Of a stretch of 64,000 bases of DNA, positions 1 to 12,739 are shown piece after piece. A model generated the notes under the pieces. The model saw only the letters and a list, made by a program, of their open reading frames with translations, was not told the origin of the DNA and ran no database searches. Made by a program: the position numbers and the translations under genes. The stretch lies in NCBI RefSeq assembly GCF_018350175.1, contig NC_058368.1, positions 140,742,001 through 140,806,000 on the forward strand. The letters are read 5' to 3'. Position 1 is the stretch's first letter. Every line of letters starts with the position of its first letter. The stretch is from Felis catus (taxonomy: Eukaryota).

Positions 1-1200
1 AGTGGTCAGTTGATGGCAAGTAAAGTGGATACTTGCTCTAGTAACCTCAGTAATAGCATATACAAAAAGCTCTTAACTTAGGAAAAGGGACTGCCAGTTA
101 GTTGAAAAGAAAAGATTAAAAAAGTGAGTAACCTGAGGATTCTATTATTCCTTGCCAAAAAGGTATTTGTGATCAAAAGCAACACATCTATAATTTGCAT
201 GCCTCTTTCTTATGAGAGCCATTAATCATATCTATTAGTTATAGGAAAAGATAACAAGAATAGAAAACAGTGTTATTCCAAGAGTATTGCCAGTGCTACA
301 GTAATAACTGAATGTCATTTTTTTATATATTTATGTGACTTACTATGTATGTGTGTATGTGCATACATACACACACACGTGTTTGTATCATTTGGAGCAC
401 AGTATAGAATAGGCACTTTGAAACCCTGTCTTTTTCCCCCCTAGGAAATAAACCCTAGTTTTCTGATTTTATGTGCAAAGTTTAGGTTGGTGGATGAACA
501 TCTGAAGATGTTCATCAATAGGGAGGGATTCCGTGGTTTGGACTCATACGGCTTTTGCAAATAAATGTGTTTTGAAATTGTTCAACAGCAATGTTTAAGT
601 TATTAAGGGATAAGACTTAGCACTATCTGTGTGTAGAAAAGGTTCTACTGTTTTTCATTTTAAACGTATCAAAGTTTGAATTCTGTAGATTATGAAAACA
701 GATAGATGTCTCACGCCCTCTGTATGTAAAGCAAGAATGAGCATAGGTCCCACGAGTGACCTTAGGTTGGCTTTCAAAGCAGCCTGCCCCGGATGGAGGA
801 CTCCAAGCAATAGATACAAAGCAGGGCCATTTCAGACATGGACTGGTCACAAACCCTCCAGCTGAGCCTCCCAGAGATCAGAACCAGGGCCACCACCGTT
901 ACTTTCTCCTCCTGCGGTTCCCACAAGGGCTGGCTGTGAACTCTCTTGTTCATTAGAATTTGGCAAAGTAGGTTGTACTATCCCAGGAGATAATGAACGT
1001 AAAAGACTTTTCTCTGCCCGTTTTAAGAATAGAGAAGGAGGTCACATTCACTTCCAGCAATTATCTCACAAGGACCATTCTCAGATGGAAACACTCATGG
1101 AGCAAACATGAACACACGTTGTGTGCTCTGGGCACAATGATGGGTGCTGGGCATACAGAGTTGACTGCGACTGAGACCTGCCCTCAAAAAGAACGAAGTA

Positions 1201-1421
1201 GGGCGCCTGGGTGGCTCAGTCGGTTAAGTGTCTGACTTCGGCTCAGGTCATGATCTCACGGTCCGTGAGTTCGAGCCCCACGTCCGGCTCTGTGCTGACA
1301 GCTCAGAGCCTGGAGCCTGCTTCAGATTCTGTGTCTCCCTCTCTCTCTGACCCTCCCCCGTTCATGCTCTGTCTCTCTCTGTCTCAAAAATAAACATTAA
1401 AAAAAAATTAAAAAAAAAAAA
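1201..1421 (+). mobile_element. CAN-SINE (feline SINEC type)
   Basis: GGGCGCCTGGGTGGCTCAGTCGG head, GAGTTCGAGCCC B box, CT tract and A tail; TSD AAAAAGAACGAAGTA(G) on both sides. Confidence 0.97.
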
Positions 1422-2247
1422 AAAAAGAACGAAGTAGACCAGTACAGGGTGTGGTATGTGTATGATAAGTAAATATGTCCTTATCTAGAGAAGCTTTTTT
1501 AGCCCAGTGTAACCATGCAAGTTTCATACCAGCAAGGATCGTCAGTTGAAGAACTTTGAACATTTTGGGCTACTGTTTCCAATGGTTATAACTTCAGATG
1601 AAAACATAACACAATACAGGAATTACATTTTTAAAAAACAAGTCTTCCGTTCTACGCTGGTTGAACACTATTTATTTACAAATGTTTTCAAAATTAAAAA
1701 ATTTTTAAAGAATCATTTATGCTAGTTTGATGAGAAATAATAGGAGAAATTAAAACTGACTTTGAAATCTAGGAAAATTATTCTTTTCTTTCCATTTACT
1801 TTTTTTTTAAGAGTTAATGAGATGATTTTAAAAGCATTTTTTAACCCCATGATTCGTATCAAGTACAGGAAATCCTCATGGATTTGACAAAATAATTTGA
1901 AAATTACTTCGAAATGTATATTTTTTCCTTATGGAGCAATGTTGGCCTTTTAAACAAAAAAATAAAACAGTTTCAAGGCAAATGTTTACCTTTTCAAAAG
2001 AGCAAACGCTTTCCAAATGCCATAGAATAATTTACATGAAAGAGCATAAGGTAAGGATAAGCTAACATCGATTTTATTTTTTTAGCATGGGTTTTATTAA
2101 CTTAGTTACTATATTTTATTCAACTCAGTGGAGATTGTTTATTCAGTCTGAAATATTAATATACCTCTGACTTTATATGACTATCATTACTATGTTATCA
2201 TTGTGTACTTATGTCATTGTTTTTATGTTTTCTGTTTTTAAAAAAAA

Positions 2248-2302
2248 TGTATATAACATATTAATAAACATCAAAGTTTGCTTGGTATTTGTTTGGAATA
2301 AA
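2248..2302 (+). terminator. Candidate polyadenylation site
   Basis: TGTATATA at 2248-2255, AATAAA at 2263-2268, GT-rich TTGGTATTTGTTTGG at 2282-2296, second AATAAA at 2297-2302. Confidence 0.5.
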
Positions 2303-2308
2303 TTTTGA

Positions 2309-2660
2309 CTGTATCTACCAGGGTCCTGGCAGGAAGGCCAGTCTTAGGGCTTAGCTGAACAGTATTTAATGAAGAGGCGATGTGCATTGATGTGGACAGG
2401 GTCAAGGGAACCCACAGGGGATGATGAAGCACCCCAGGGGCTAGCAGTTCGAGGATGCCTTTACACCCCCAGGTCTAAAGGCGGTGGAGGAGGGAATACT
2501 CCTCCTTTCCCTCAACCCTCTGACGACTCAGTCGTGGTACCTCCTCGTCTTGCTTCTGGTCTTAACCTAAACTCAGAGGTCAAGGGAACCTGGGTGGCCC
2601 AGTCCATAACGGTTTGCTTCTTGGAGCATGGAGAATGGATCTGAAAGAACAAAGGAATTG
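2309..2660 (-). mobile_element. Old ERVL-type solo LTR fragment (LTR33-like)
   Basis: CAGGGTCCTGGCAGGAA...TTTAATGAAG...GTCAAGGGAACCCACAGGGGATGATGAAGCACCCCAGGGGCTAGCA resembles the recalled LTR33 consensus. Confidence 0.65.
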
Positions 2661-3244
2661 GATGATGAACTTTCTGTATCTTTTTTTTTTTTTTAATTCC
2701 TTCTTAAGAGAATGGAAGGTTGTACCATTGAGAATATGTTCAGATTCCTGGGTTATAGGCATCACGAACAGAATCTGCAGTTCTTTCCTAATGAAGACAG
2801 AAAGCAATGAAATGTCAGAGCCAGTAGGGTATATCGAAACCCCAAGAAGGATTGCCCTTGAGTGACAGTCCTTTGCCATGTAATGCTCCCTGGGGCAGGG
2901 GGGCAAGGAGGCAGGAGAGAGAATTAAAAGCAAAATACTACCTCTAGGAGGTGAAAATCAGCAAGAAAAATTCTAGTAACATATTTCTACATTCATTGTC
3001 AACAAAAATTGTTTTCAACTGAATAAGAATTCTGTTAACACACAAAATTTTTAAGTTAATATACAGGCTTAAGTTTCTGAGGCCCACATGCTCCACAAAT
3101 GTTTCAGAATTGGGTATGTTGAAGTAGGCCCAGCTCATGGCCACCAGAAATAGGATGCCTACCCTAAACAGAAAGTGACCTTTAAACTCTATTGTTGTTA
3201 TTTTTCAAAATATGTTTGAAGTCAAAACAACACATTTGAATTCT

Positions 3245-3451
3245 CTTTTTTAAAAAATTTTTTGAGTTTATTTCGAGAGAGACAGAGTGTGAGTGAGACA
3301 GAGGCAGAGAGGGAGACGGAGAATCCCAAGCAGGCTCTGCACTGTCAGTGCAGAGCCCCATGTGGAGCTCGAACTCACAAAACCGTGAGAACATGACCTG
3401 AACCAAAACCAAGAGTCGGATGCTTAGCTGACTGAGCCACCCAGGCGCCCC
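3245..3451 (-). mobile_element. CAN-SINE
   Basis: Reverse-complement head CTGAGCCACCCAGGCGCCCC, GA tract and T tail. Confidence 0.95.
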
Positions 3452-3914
3452 TGAATTTTCTTAACGGAAAAATGTTTGTTTTTTCCACCTAGTCAAAAAT
3501 AGGATTTTTAAGGAAATAGAATATTTGGCTGTTGAATATAAATGTGGAAAATTTGAGGTTATACTTATGAATGTAAGAAATCGTTTTAAATGTTGGCGTA
3601 TCCTTTAGGAAGTCTTGAGCTCTGCGAGCAAGTGGAAAAAGTTAAGCAGTGTTTATGACCAAGCTTTAAGTGTGTGAGACCTGGACCCTCCACTAGAAGC
3701 TTATCTTCCCCCAGGTGTCATAAAAATTAAGCGGGAAAACAGTCATTAACAGTAATTTCCTGGCAGAAGTGACATCACTGGGTGGCTGTTTCTGGCAACA
3801 TTACTAGACCAAATGTGTGTAGAGAGTAACTGACCACAGGATCGACCTGTGTTTTATGAGCGAGGTGTGGTTAAGTAAGCCACAGTGCACACAGAGAGAA
3901 GAAATGCTTCAAGA

Positions 3915-4592
3915 TAGTGATTCTGAGTCCTTGAGACCTTTTTAGGGGATGTATGAAGTCAAACCTATCTGAAAACACTAACGATGTTACTTGCCTTTTC
4001 CTGCTCTGGTTTTCTCACTACCATACAGTTGAGTTTTCTGGAGGCTGCGTGACACATGATATTGCAACAGCCTGAAAGCAGAGACAGTTAAGAAAATCTG
4101 ACTGTTTAAGAAAATCTGACTGTCCATCAAACCAGCCATTAAAGAAGTTTACAGAAACAGAAAACAGTGCAACTCTCCTCAGAAAATCAATAATCGTTTG
4201 GGGAAGAAAATTAAAAAATATATATATGTCACAGATTTATTGTTATTTCCAAGTGAAAGAAATCTTTTCAAATGTTCTCCATTTTAATGTCTAATATGGT
4301 AAATGTTGGTGGGTAGAATCAGTGGTTTGCTGTTGATCTCCAGAGAAAGAAAAAAGGCCCAGATTTGTAGCATTTGCCTGTTTCCATAGTGTAAATGCCC
4401 CTTCTCAGCTGCCAATTTCAAGCTTCCAGTGGTTTAACAGTTGGCTTCAAAAATTCCTGAGTATTGAATTCTGATACAAGCTGACTCCAACACACCACTG
4501 GATATAACCTACTTAAGTGAAAAATCTTTAGGGTCCTCAGTAATTCTTAAGTGTATCAAGGTATCCTCAACCGAAGAAGCTTGAGAACCCTG
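3915..4592. mobile_element. hAT-Charlie-type DNA transposon fossil, interrupted by a MER63-like element
   Basis: GTCCTTGAGACCTTTTTAGGGG...GAGTTTTCTGGAGGCTGCGTGAC...CCAGCCATTAAAGAAG body and TTGAGAACCCTG terminus resemble Charlie-family elements. Confidence 0.6.
4320..4500. mobile_element. MER63-like hAT MITE nested in the Charlie fossil
   Basis: Terminal inverted repeats CAGTGGTTTGCTG and CCAACACACCACTG; degenerate 8-bp TSD GGTAGAAT/GATATAAC. Confidence 0.7.
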
Positions 4593-4652
4593 CTCTTATA
4601 CAAGATTTGCCAACTTTATTGCCTTCAAGAAGACAGAAATCAGTCATATTCA

Positions 4653-4870
4653 GGGGCGCCTGCGTGGCTCAGTCCGTTGAGCATCTGTTGGTTTCTGTTC
4701 AGGTCATGATCTCACGATTCGTGAGTTCAAGCCCCTCATCGTGTTCTGCACTGACAGTGAGGAGCCTGCTTGGGATCTCTGTCTCTCCCTCTCTCTGCCC
4801 CTCCCCTGCACATGCTATATACATATATATATATAAAGACAGATAAATCTTTCTATCTTCAAAAAAAAAA
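4653..4870 (+). mobile_element. CAN-SINE
   Basis: SINE head, B box, CT/TA tract and A tail. Confidence 0.93.
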
Positions 4871-5455
4871 TTAGCCATAATTAGAAAGCACTTATAAGGG
4901 CAAACAGTTGGTTCACAGCTATAAGCCACCACATTGAGTTTCTGGCAGCCTCACAGCTGAGGGGGTCAGCACCTTACAGCAATGGCAACTGACTCAAGGC
5001 AGCAGGTCCAGTGTGGCTTAGAAGTTAGTAAGCTTTGTGTGAGGTCTGTTTTGCAGCCAGCTGCTATGAACCACCCCTGGCAGCATCACTAACGTGAACA
5101 TCAGGCTCCATACTTCTTGTCATGGGGACTGTTGGTCTTCTGGAAACACAGAAAACCAGAGGTCAGATTCAGAAGCATCTTGGAATTTAGATAACACAGT
5201 ATGTTTTTAACCAGCTGGCTATATGCTCACAACTTCAGGAAATGACTCATAAGCACTGTGGAGATTAGCTTTGAAAGCTGCATTTATAGCCTGAACACAT
5301 CAGGTGGTGGCAGGGCCAGTCTGCCTCTTTTGCCTATTTTAATAACCACAATATTGGGCCTTTTTAGCATGCTGCTGTGTGACCCATGCAGGGAAGTGAG
5401 AACATGAGCGAGGGTGGGATAGGCAATACTATGATGCATTTAAGAACAAGACCCT

Positions 5456-5556
5456 GGGATGCCAGCCTGGCTCAGTCAGTAAAGCATGAGACTCTTGATT
5501 TCAGGGCCTGAGTTCAAACCCCAGGTTGGGCTTAGAGCTTACTTAGGGGGAAAAAA
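5456..5556 (+). mobile_element. Short, older CAN-SINE lacking the CT tract
   Basis: GGCTCAGTCAGTAAAGCATGAGACTCTTGAT...GAGTTCAAACCCC...AGAGCTTACTT. Confidence 0.85.
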
Positions 5557-5805
5557 GACCTCAATTGATCAGCATGTTTTTGCTGTTTAGCTGCCTATCC
5601 CAAGATATATAATTGCTCTTGAAATTGGCCTACATGATGCCAAAAAAGAATTTATTTAATGTATCCCTGATTGCCAGGAGCTAACCAGGTTTTGGATTTA
5701 ATCATAACATAGAATGCTTTGTCAAGAAGCATGGATTTTGAAGACCTCAAATCTTAGCGTTTTAGCACCTCTGCCTTGTTAGAAGGAAGTTTTGGAAACT
5801 TTAGG

Positions 5806-5982
5806 TCAGTTCTCGTCTCTGGCTGCACATAGAGTCATTGGAGAGCTGTTAAACAATTCCATTGTTCAGTCCCTACCCTTGACCAATATGAATCAGAATC
5901 TTTGGGGATGGGGCCTGGGCGTCCATATTGTTTTCAAGCTCCTAGGATATTCAAACGTGTAAGCCAGAGTTCATGCCACTGC
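5806..5982. mobile_element. MER5-like hAT MITE
   Basis: GGCTGCACAT...GAATCAGAATCTTTGGGGATGGGGCCTGGGC...AGCCAGAGTT pattern. Confidence 0.7.
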
Positions 5983-6000
5983 TTTAAGAGAGTGCTTCTT

Positions 6001-6309
6001 GGGGAGCCTGTCCAGCTTCGTCAGTAGAGTGTGTGACTCTAGTTTTTGGAGTTGTGAGTTCAAGTCCCACACTGCACATAGAGCTTATGCTAAAGAAAAA
6101 AAGAAGTGCTTCTTGGGCACCTGGGTGGCTCAGTCGGTTGAGCATCCAACTCTTGATTTTGACTCACGTCATGATTCTGGGGTCGTGGAACGAAGCCCCC
6201 GGTTGATGAGCATGGAGCCTGCTTGGGATTCTCTTTCTCCCTCTCTCTCTGCCCCTGTCCCCAGTTTGCACATGTGCTCTCTTTCATGAGTTCTCTCTCT
6301 CCAAAAAAA
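6001..6309 (+). mobile_element. Tandem CAN-SINEs (short type 6001-6100, long type 6115-6309)
   Basis: Two SINE heads; flank AGTGCTTCT repeated before, between and after. Confidence 0.9.
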
Positions 6310-6321
6310 GTGTTCTTTAAA

Positions 6322-6475
6322 AGTGCTTCTCAAATTTAACATGCATTCAAATTATCTGGGGGATCTTAACTGCAGTAGGTCTGGGGTGGGGTCTGAGTGT
6401 CTTAACAAGTTCCCAGTGATGTTAACATGGATGTTGACATGATGGTTCTTTGGACCGAACTTTGAGTACCAGGGC
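6322..6475. mobile_element. MER5A-like MITE
   Basis: GCTTCTCAAATTT...CAGTAGGTCTGGGGTGGGG...AACAAGTTCCCAGTGAT...ACTTTGAGTA. Confidence 0.7.
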
Positions 6476-7194
6476 CCTGAGGCAAAATTTGACCATGTTG
6501 GAGGTCCAGGCACTCAAAAACTTCAATTCTCAAATTCTTAAAATCATTTTCTGAGACATTTTTTTTTAATCATGGTAAAATTGGGGCAATTTTTAATGTA
6601 GCAGCAGCATAAGTGCTTGATCAAAATTTGTTTGGGGCGCTATCTTACTATATTTTGTTCTCTGCTCTTGGGTGCTTTCCTAGGGGGAAGATAGCTTAAA
6701 AGGCTTTAATCTCTTACATAAAACCATTTCACAAGAGGCTGGGGATTTAGAGTGGCGACTCCGACCCTCGTTTGTAAAGATAGTGCAGGGCAGATAGCAG
6801 CAGCGCCTGGTTACCACGAAGAAGATGTGTTTCTTGTCTCTGGGTCTGGCTGAAAAATGGTGACCTCAGGGACATGCTGGGGTACTAGTAAGCATCCGTA
6901 GCTTCAGTCTTGATGGTGCTGGAATGAGTGGCTATGGAAACCCTCAGGCAAATGAGTCAGTCCAGGCTTCTTCCTGAGGGAATCCATGACTCCACTGTGA
7001 CTGGGAGAAAACAAAGGTTTGGGAGGTCAATTCTAGTAACATGCATTTGCAGCATGTACCATAAACCTGGGATAATTTCTTCATTCTGGAAGCCCTTTTA
7101 CAAGGTGATGAAAAAACTACTGAAGGATAAAAGAAGAACTATAACTTGTATGGGGAAAACGTTGTATCTCAGCAATAATCGAGTATCTGCAATT

Positions 7195-7408
7195 AAAATT
7201 TTTTTAACGTTTATTTATTATTGAAAGACAGAGAGAGACAGAACATGAGCATGGGAGGGGCAGAGAGAGGGAGACACCAAATTTGAAGCAGGCTCCAGGC
7301 TCTGGGTTGTCAGCACAGAGCCCGATGCAGGGCTCAAACCCACAAACCACGAGATCATGACCTGAGCCGAAGTCAGACATTTAACCAACTAAGCCACCCA
7401 GGCGCCCC
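7195..7408 (-). mobile_element. CAN-SINE
   Basis: Full-length minus-strand copy; TSD GAGTATCTGCAATT. Confidence 0.96.
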
Positions 7409-7800
7409 GAGTATCTGCAATTTAATACAAGAGAGTACTGGTTCCTGTCTAGTTAGCAGTGGATTTTTTTCTATGACAGCTATAAGCAGCTTCCTAAGGA
7501 AGAAAGCCAAGAAGGAAAATGTAAAAACACCAAGAGTAAGAGAAAGCTGGTGGGCTTGCTTTAGGAAAGCAATCCGACAAAATGTCATCACCCTTCAGAT
7601 AACCATAACCTTGGATCCAGTTGTATGACTTCTGGGAATCAGTCCTCAAGAGATCACTTTAAGTAACAAAAAAAGCAACAGACTTCTAGTTTTTAATAGC
7701 ATCCTTATGTACATATTTGTAAAAGCCTAGAAACCCTCTAGATGTTCAACCCTAGAGTACTGCTTCAAAAACGAGCACAGTCCTTTAAAATGGCGGGTAT

Positions 7801-8020
7801 GGGGGCGCCTGGGTGACTCAGTCGGTTAAGTGTCCAACTTTGGCTCAGGTCCTGATCTCACGGTTTGGTTCATGAGTCCTGTATCAGGCTGTCTGCTGTC
7901 AGCACAGAGCCCGCTTCAAATCCTCTGTCCCCCTCTCTCTGTGCCCCTCCCCTGCTCATTCTCTCTCTCTCTCTCTCTGTCTCAAAATAAATAAATAAAC
8001 TTAAAATAAAACAAAATAAA
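7801..8020 (+). mobile_element. CAN-SINE
   Basis: Head, CT tract and AATAAA tail. Confidence 0.94.
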
Positions 8021-8315
8021 ATGACACGTATGATGTGCATAGAATGGCACTGAGAAGTGCTTATAATACTTAATTTTTTAAAAAGCAAGGTACAATGATG
8101 TGTGTGTAGTATGAAACCAACGATATGGGAGAAAAAAACCAGATCTGTGTGGGATCTGTTAACAAAGGCTAATGGGAAATATACCAAACTATTTCTATTA
8201 AATTGTGTTTGGAGAATAGGGCTACTTTTTCCCTTTTATGTATTTCCTATCTCTTTCCTGAATATCTGCTACTTCTCTAACAAAAAAGCAGTCATATTAA
8301 AACGAAACAAAAATC

Positions 8316-8557
8316 GGGGCACCTGGGTGGCTCAAGTGGTTAAGCGTCCAACTCTTGATTTCAGCTCAGGTCATGATCTTGCAGTTTGTGAGATCGAGCC
8401 CCCATGGGACTCTGCACTGACAGCGCAAAGCCTGCTCAGGATTCTCCCTCTCTCTCTGCCCCTCCCCTGCTCGCTCGTGCTCTCTCTCTGTGTCTGTCTC
8501 TCTCTTTCTCTCAAAAATAAATAAAGCTTAAAAAAATCGAATAAACAGAAAAAAAAA
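8316..8557 (+). mobile_element. CAN-SINE
   Basis: Head, CT tract and tail. Confidence 0.94.
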
Positions 8558-8889
8558 CACAACAAAACCCTGTCACCTGTCACCACGTTCTTCTCTTTTC
8601 CAAAGTACAAAGGTGTGTGGTCCTGCCTTTGCTATCATTTTTGGACAGACACTCTTGAGCATCTCCTCACCACAATTAGTACTTCATGCCTCAATATGTT
8701 ATTCAATCAGGGGATAAAAATGTTAGAAAATTCTGATTTTACATCCACATCTTCACCATTATTCCAGAATTACTGTGTAGAATCCGCAGTGCTGCAAAAC
8801 TTGAAAACATAAAAATGTCTTTAACTAGCCAGACTCTAAAACCAGAAATATTTGTATTTGTCCCCATAGCTACCAGAATGTTCAACACA

Positions 8890-9110
8890 GGGGCGCCTGG
8901 GTGGCTTAGTCGGTTGAGCGTCCAGCTTTGACTCAGGTCATCTTATGGTTCATGAGTTCGAGCCCCACGTCGGGCTCTGTGCTGACAGCTCAGAGCCTGG
9001 AGCCTGCTTCGGATTCTGTGTCTCCCTCTCCTTCTCTCTCTCTGTCCCTCCCCTGCTCATGCTCTGTCTTTCTCAAAAATAAATAAACTTTTATAAAAAA
9101 TTAAAAAAAA
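8890..9110 (+). mobile_element. CAN-SINE
   Basis: Full length; TSD AATGTTCAACACAG. Confidence 0.96.
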
Positions 9111-9629
9111 AATGTTCAACACAGCATACGTGACCATACATAACCAGACAACATAACCAGAGCTGGACTTTTTCCTCTAACAGATTTTGTACTCCCACCA
9201 AAAGGACTGCTCATTTATTTTCCTGTGGAATTCATCATTCCTCATCAAGCAGGAAACATTATTTTCGCAAAGCAGAACAAAAACTTTATTTTGGCTGATT
9301 CCATTACATAATTATGTCAGTCTTCTTATTCTTTAATTTATATATGTAACCCACATATTATTATCTAGTATTTGAAAAATCTGATTAATTCTTCCATAAG
9401 CTCCTTTAAAAAAAATACTAGAGCTTTGTTACTTTAACTTGCTTCTACCTTACTTGACCCATGTTGTTGGGTACTTAATTTCGCTTATTCCTTTTGTTAT
9501 AGTTGTCAAATAATCCATCTGGTGAAAGTGGATCAAGCACCCACAGACTCATTATTTCTGCACAGTGGAGGCAGCATGGGTACTTGATAGAACCACACAG
9601 AAATGACAACACTGAGCATTTCTCAAAAG

Positions 9630-9785
9630 GAATCCATAAAAATCATTTGAGCTGCTTGTGATAATGCAGATTTCTGGGCTCCATCCAATACCTGTAATCA
9701 GAATTTCTGCACTGGGACCTGGACCATCCACATTTTTAACAGGGGCAGGGGTGTTTCTTATGCACACCAAACGTGGGAACCATAG
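9630..9785. mobile_element. MER5-like MITE
   Basis: AATGCAGATTTCTGGGCTCCATCC...AATCAGAATTTCTG...CATTTTTAACA. Confidence 0.6.
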
Positions 9786-10334
9786 AACTAATATTTTCCA
9801 AAAATCTCTGACCTAGTGTAATCTCTTCCTGTGGTCAGGAAGTAGCAAATCATCGTTTATCTGTTAAAATGCTAATGTTTTTCATTATCCTGTAGATTAT
9901 CATCTCTGTCTGCAAAGTTATTAGAGTATTATGATTCTGAGCTATTTCTCCCTAAATATTGGCCATAAATATCGGGTTATATCCTTTGAAAGGGTTAGCC
10001 TTAATTGTTTCTGTCATTTACTTTGCCTTTTATGTGTAGAAATGGGTACCTTCTCCTCTAGACATACAACTCAATGCTCTGTGTTCATGTAGGATTTTTA
10101 ACATACATTTTTGAATAAGTAACACTCATATAGTTCAAATTTCAAAAGAACAAAAGGATGTACAATGAAAAATTTCCCTGACACCCTTATTATCTCCTCA
10201 GAGGCAACCACAGTGAACAGGTTCTTGAGTATGGTGTTGGATGTATTTAAAACATAATCTGGGGCAAAAGGAAAATATATAATTGGCCATTTTATTTTTC
10301 AGTTATTTGTTTGAGTTTTAAAAACTCCTGTTGA

Positions 10335-10680
10335 GAGCTGCCTGGCTGACTCAGTTGGTAGAGCAAGTGACTCTTAATCTCAGGGTCCTGAGTTCAAGCC
10401 CCACAATGGGCATGGAGCCTACTTTAAAAAAACAAACAAGGGGTGCCTGGGTGGCGCAGTCAGTTAAGCGTCCGACTTCAACCAGGTCACGATCTCGCGG
10501 TCCGGGAGTTCGAGCCCCGCGTCGGGCTCTGGGCTGATGGCTCGGAGCCTGGAGCCTGTTTGCGATTCTGTGTCTCCCTCTCTCTCTGCCCCTCCCCCGT
10601 TCAAGCTCTGTCTCTCTCTGTCCCAAAAATAAATAAACGTTAAAAAAAAATTAAAAAAAAAAACAAACAAAATAAACAAA
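10335..10680 (+). mobile_element. Short CAN-SINE with a young feline SINE (10440-~10665) inserted in its tail
   Basis: Second copy carries the young diagnostics GGCGCAGTC, CAGGTCACGATCTCGCGG, TGGGCTGATGGCTC. Confidence 0.95.
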
Positions 10681-10697
10681 AAACTGTTGACATACAG

Positions 10698-11165
10698 GTA
10701 TCAGTCAGGCATTGCGGCATAGCAAACAACACACATCCCTCAGAGGCATACAATAATTTAGATTCATTGCTCGTGCTCTCAAATAGTCAAGTAGACAGTT
10801 CTGCTGACATATTCTGGGAATCTGTTAGCTGATTTAGGAAGGCCTTGACTGGGATGACTGGCGTGGCTTAACTGGGATCCATAGGTCTCTCGCCTTCAAG
10901 CGTGCTAATCCTGACATATTCTCATGGCAATGGCAGAGAGCAAAAAAAAGAGGAAACATGCAGGACATCTTGAGGTCTGGGATTGGAATTGGCATATCCT
11001 CACTACGATCACATTCTCTTGGCCAAAGCAAGACACAAGCCCATTCCAGATACAAGGGGATGGAGAAAGAGATGCCGCCTCTTCAGTAAAAGGAATTTCC
11101 AAGTCTCATGACAAACTCATGTCTGGAGAGAGTGAAGAATTGATGTCATCAGTGAAATCACACAA
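10698..11165 (-). mobile_element. MaLR (MLT1-like) LTR
   Basis: CTCATGGCAATGGCAGAG...CTTGAGGTCT...CATTCTCTTGGCCAAAGCAAGACACAAG hallmark of older MLT1 elements. Confidence 0.7.
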
Positions 11166-12739
11166 TGTCTGAAAACTTCATAATGATCCTTCAAGAAATG
11201 GCTTAGCATTCAAATATTATACTTTTATAACAACATGGCCATGATTGCCGGAGGTTTTTTAGCTGTTTAAATATTTTTCAATGCTAACAGAAAGATTATA
11301 AAAACAGGTCAAAGCCCTGGGTTCCAGACTCAGCCCAGCCAGCACATGTCATGTGTGAAAGAGGAAAAGGTGAATACTGATCCGAGGGAAGTAGTCAAGG
11401 AAACACGAAATATAATGAACGCTTCAAGCCCCACCAAAGAAATTTGAAGATTTTAATTGAAGATTTGCTCTTAAGTATCTGACTTCCTTCAACAAGGATG
11501 CTGATGTAATAACAAGCCACTTGGGGAAAAGTAGTGTGGTCACGTACGGTTTTCACCCTTCTTTGTCAACGTGTTTTTGAAGATTATTTTTAGCATTTTA
11601 GTATTGATTCAGATCTTTGCATTTTTAAAATCAGAATAGTCATGCTCACAAAGTTACCGTTAAGAAATGTTTATGAAACAAATGTCAGAGGTCATACTGG
11701 TTTCTGCTTCCCATTTAGCTTCATTTCAATTGCTATTTTGCTTATTTTAATAAATAAACTTTGTTTCTTAATATAACGTTGCCTCTGATGCTATCAGTAG
11801 CCTCATCCAGATGTTTAAAAAAATAACCTTTTAACTAGAGTTTTCAAATACTTTAATATGCCTGCGGAATTACTTAGACATTGAATGACCCAAACGCATT
11901 CAGTACTGCTGACTGATGTGCCTAACAGGAAGAATGGAACATCTCTCTCTGATAAGAGGTGCGAGGTAGGACTTGGTGACACATACTGATCAGGCCACAC
12001 ATAGTTCAGTGAGTCTAGACATATACTTAACAGGCCGGAGCCTATTCTGTAGGTTTGGAGATGGGACTTTGGCATATGGTAGCACCTGATGGAACAGGTA
12101 CTTCCTTTGTAAATTGTCTCCTGCCGACATCAGATTGGAGCTACCCATACTCCCCATATGCTAAGATACATACAAACGGCATAAAGCATCATCTTACATA
12201 GATATATTCCTTCTCCACTTTGTTCTTTCCCTAGCCAGGTCCACGGCATGCATGTGTCTCTTAAGGTTTAGCTAAATGGCCCCAACCCTCCAGCTTCCCT
12301 TACAAGAAAGGCTGAACACACCTTCCCAGGGCACCGGGACTGTGCAGCCTGCGGCTCAGCCACAGGAGCCATGGGGTATTGATGTCCATCCAGTGGACTT
12401 CTGGAACCAAGATCCAAACAGCCAAGATAAGAAAACTCTGCCCTGTGGACCTAGCTATTGTTTAAGATGGTTCAAATCTGGGACCTGGGAGAATTCAAAG
12501 GAAAATGTCTGATTGCCCCTCAGTAATCTATGAGCTAAATTTCTGGTAGACAGAGGGACGGAGAGAGGGGAAGAAGCAGGATGGGGAGGGCAGAATTATA
12601 TATAAGAGCATACCCAGGGAAAAAGAGCAGTGGTAGGAAAGGCATTTTGGTTTTGTATGTGCACCTCATTTTTGAGCAACACTGAAAAAAAAGTCTTGCT
12701 TCAAATATATAAGTGTTCACATAGTTGAAGCTTACCTTC

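Larger units (their letters stand above)
1..2302 (+). other. Probable distal 3' UTR of an unidentified upstream gene
   Basis: AT-rich and mostly repeat-free apart from one SINE, with several AATAAA and ATTTA motifs. Ends in a full poly(A)-site arrangement just before the repeat-dense DNA begins. Confidence 0.45.

Noticed and set aside
1201..1290. tRNA genes suggested by A and B boxes
   Set aside because: These are the tRNA-derived heads of SINEs, followed by CT tracts, A tails and TSDs.
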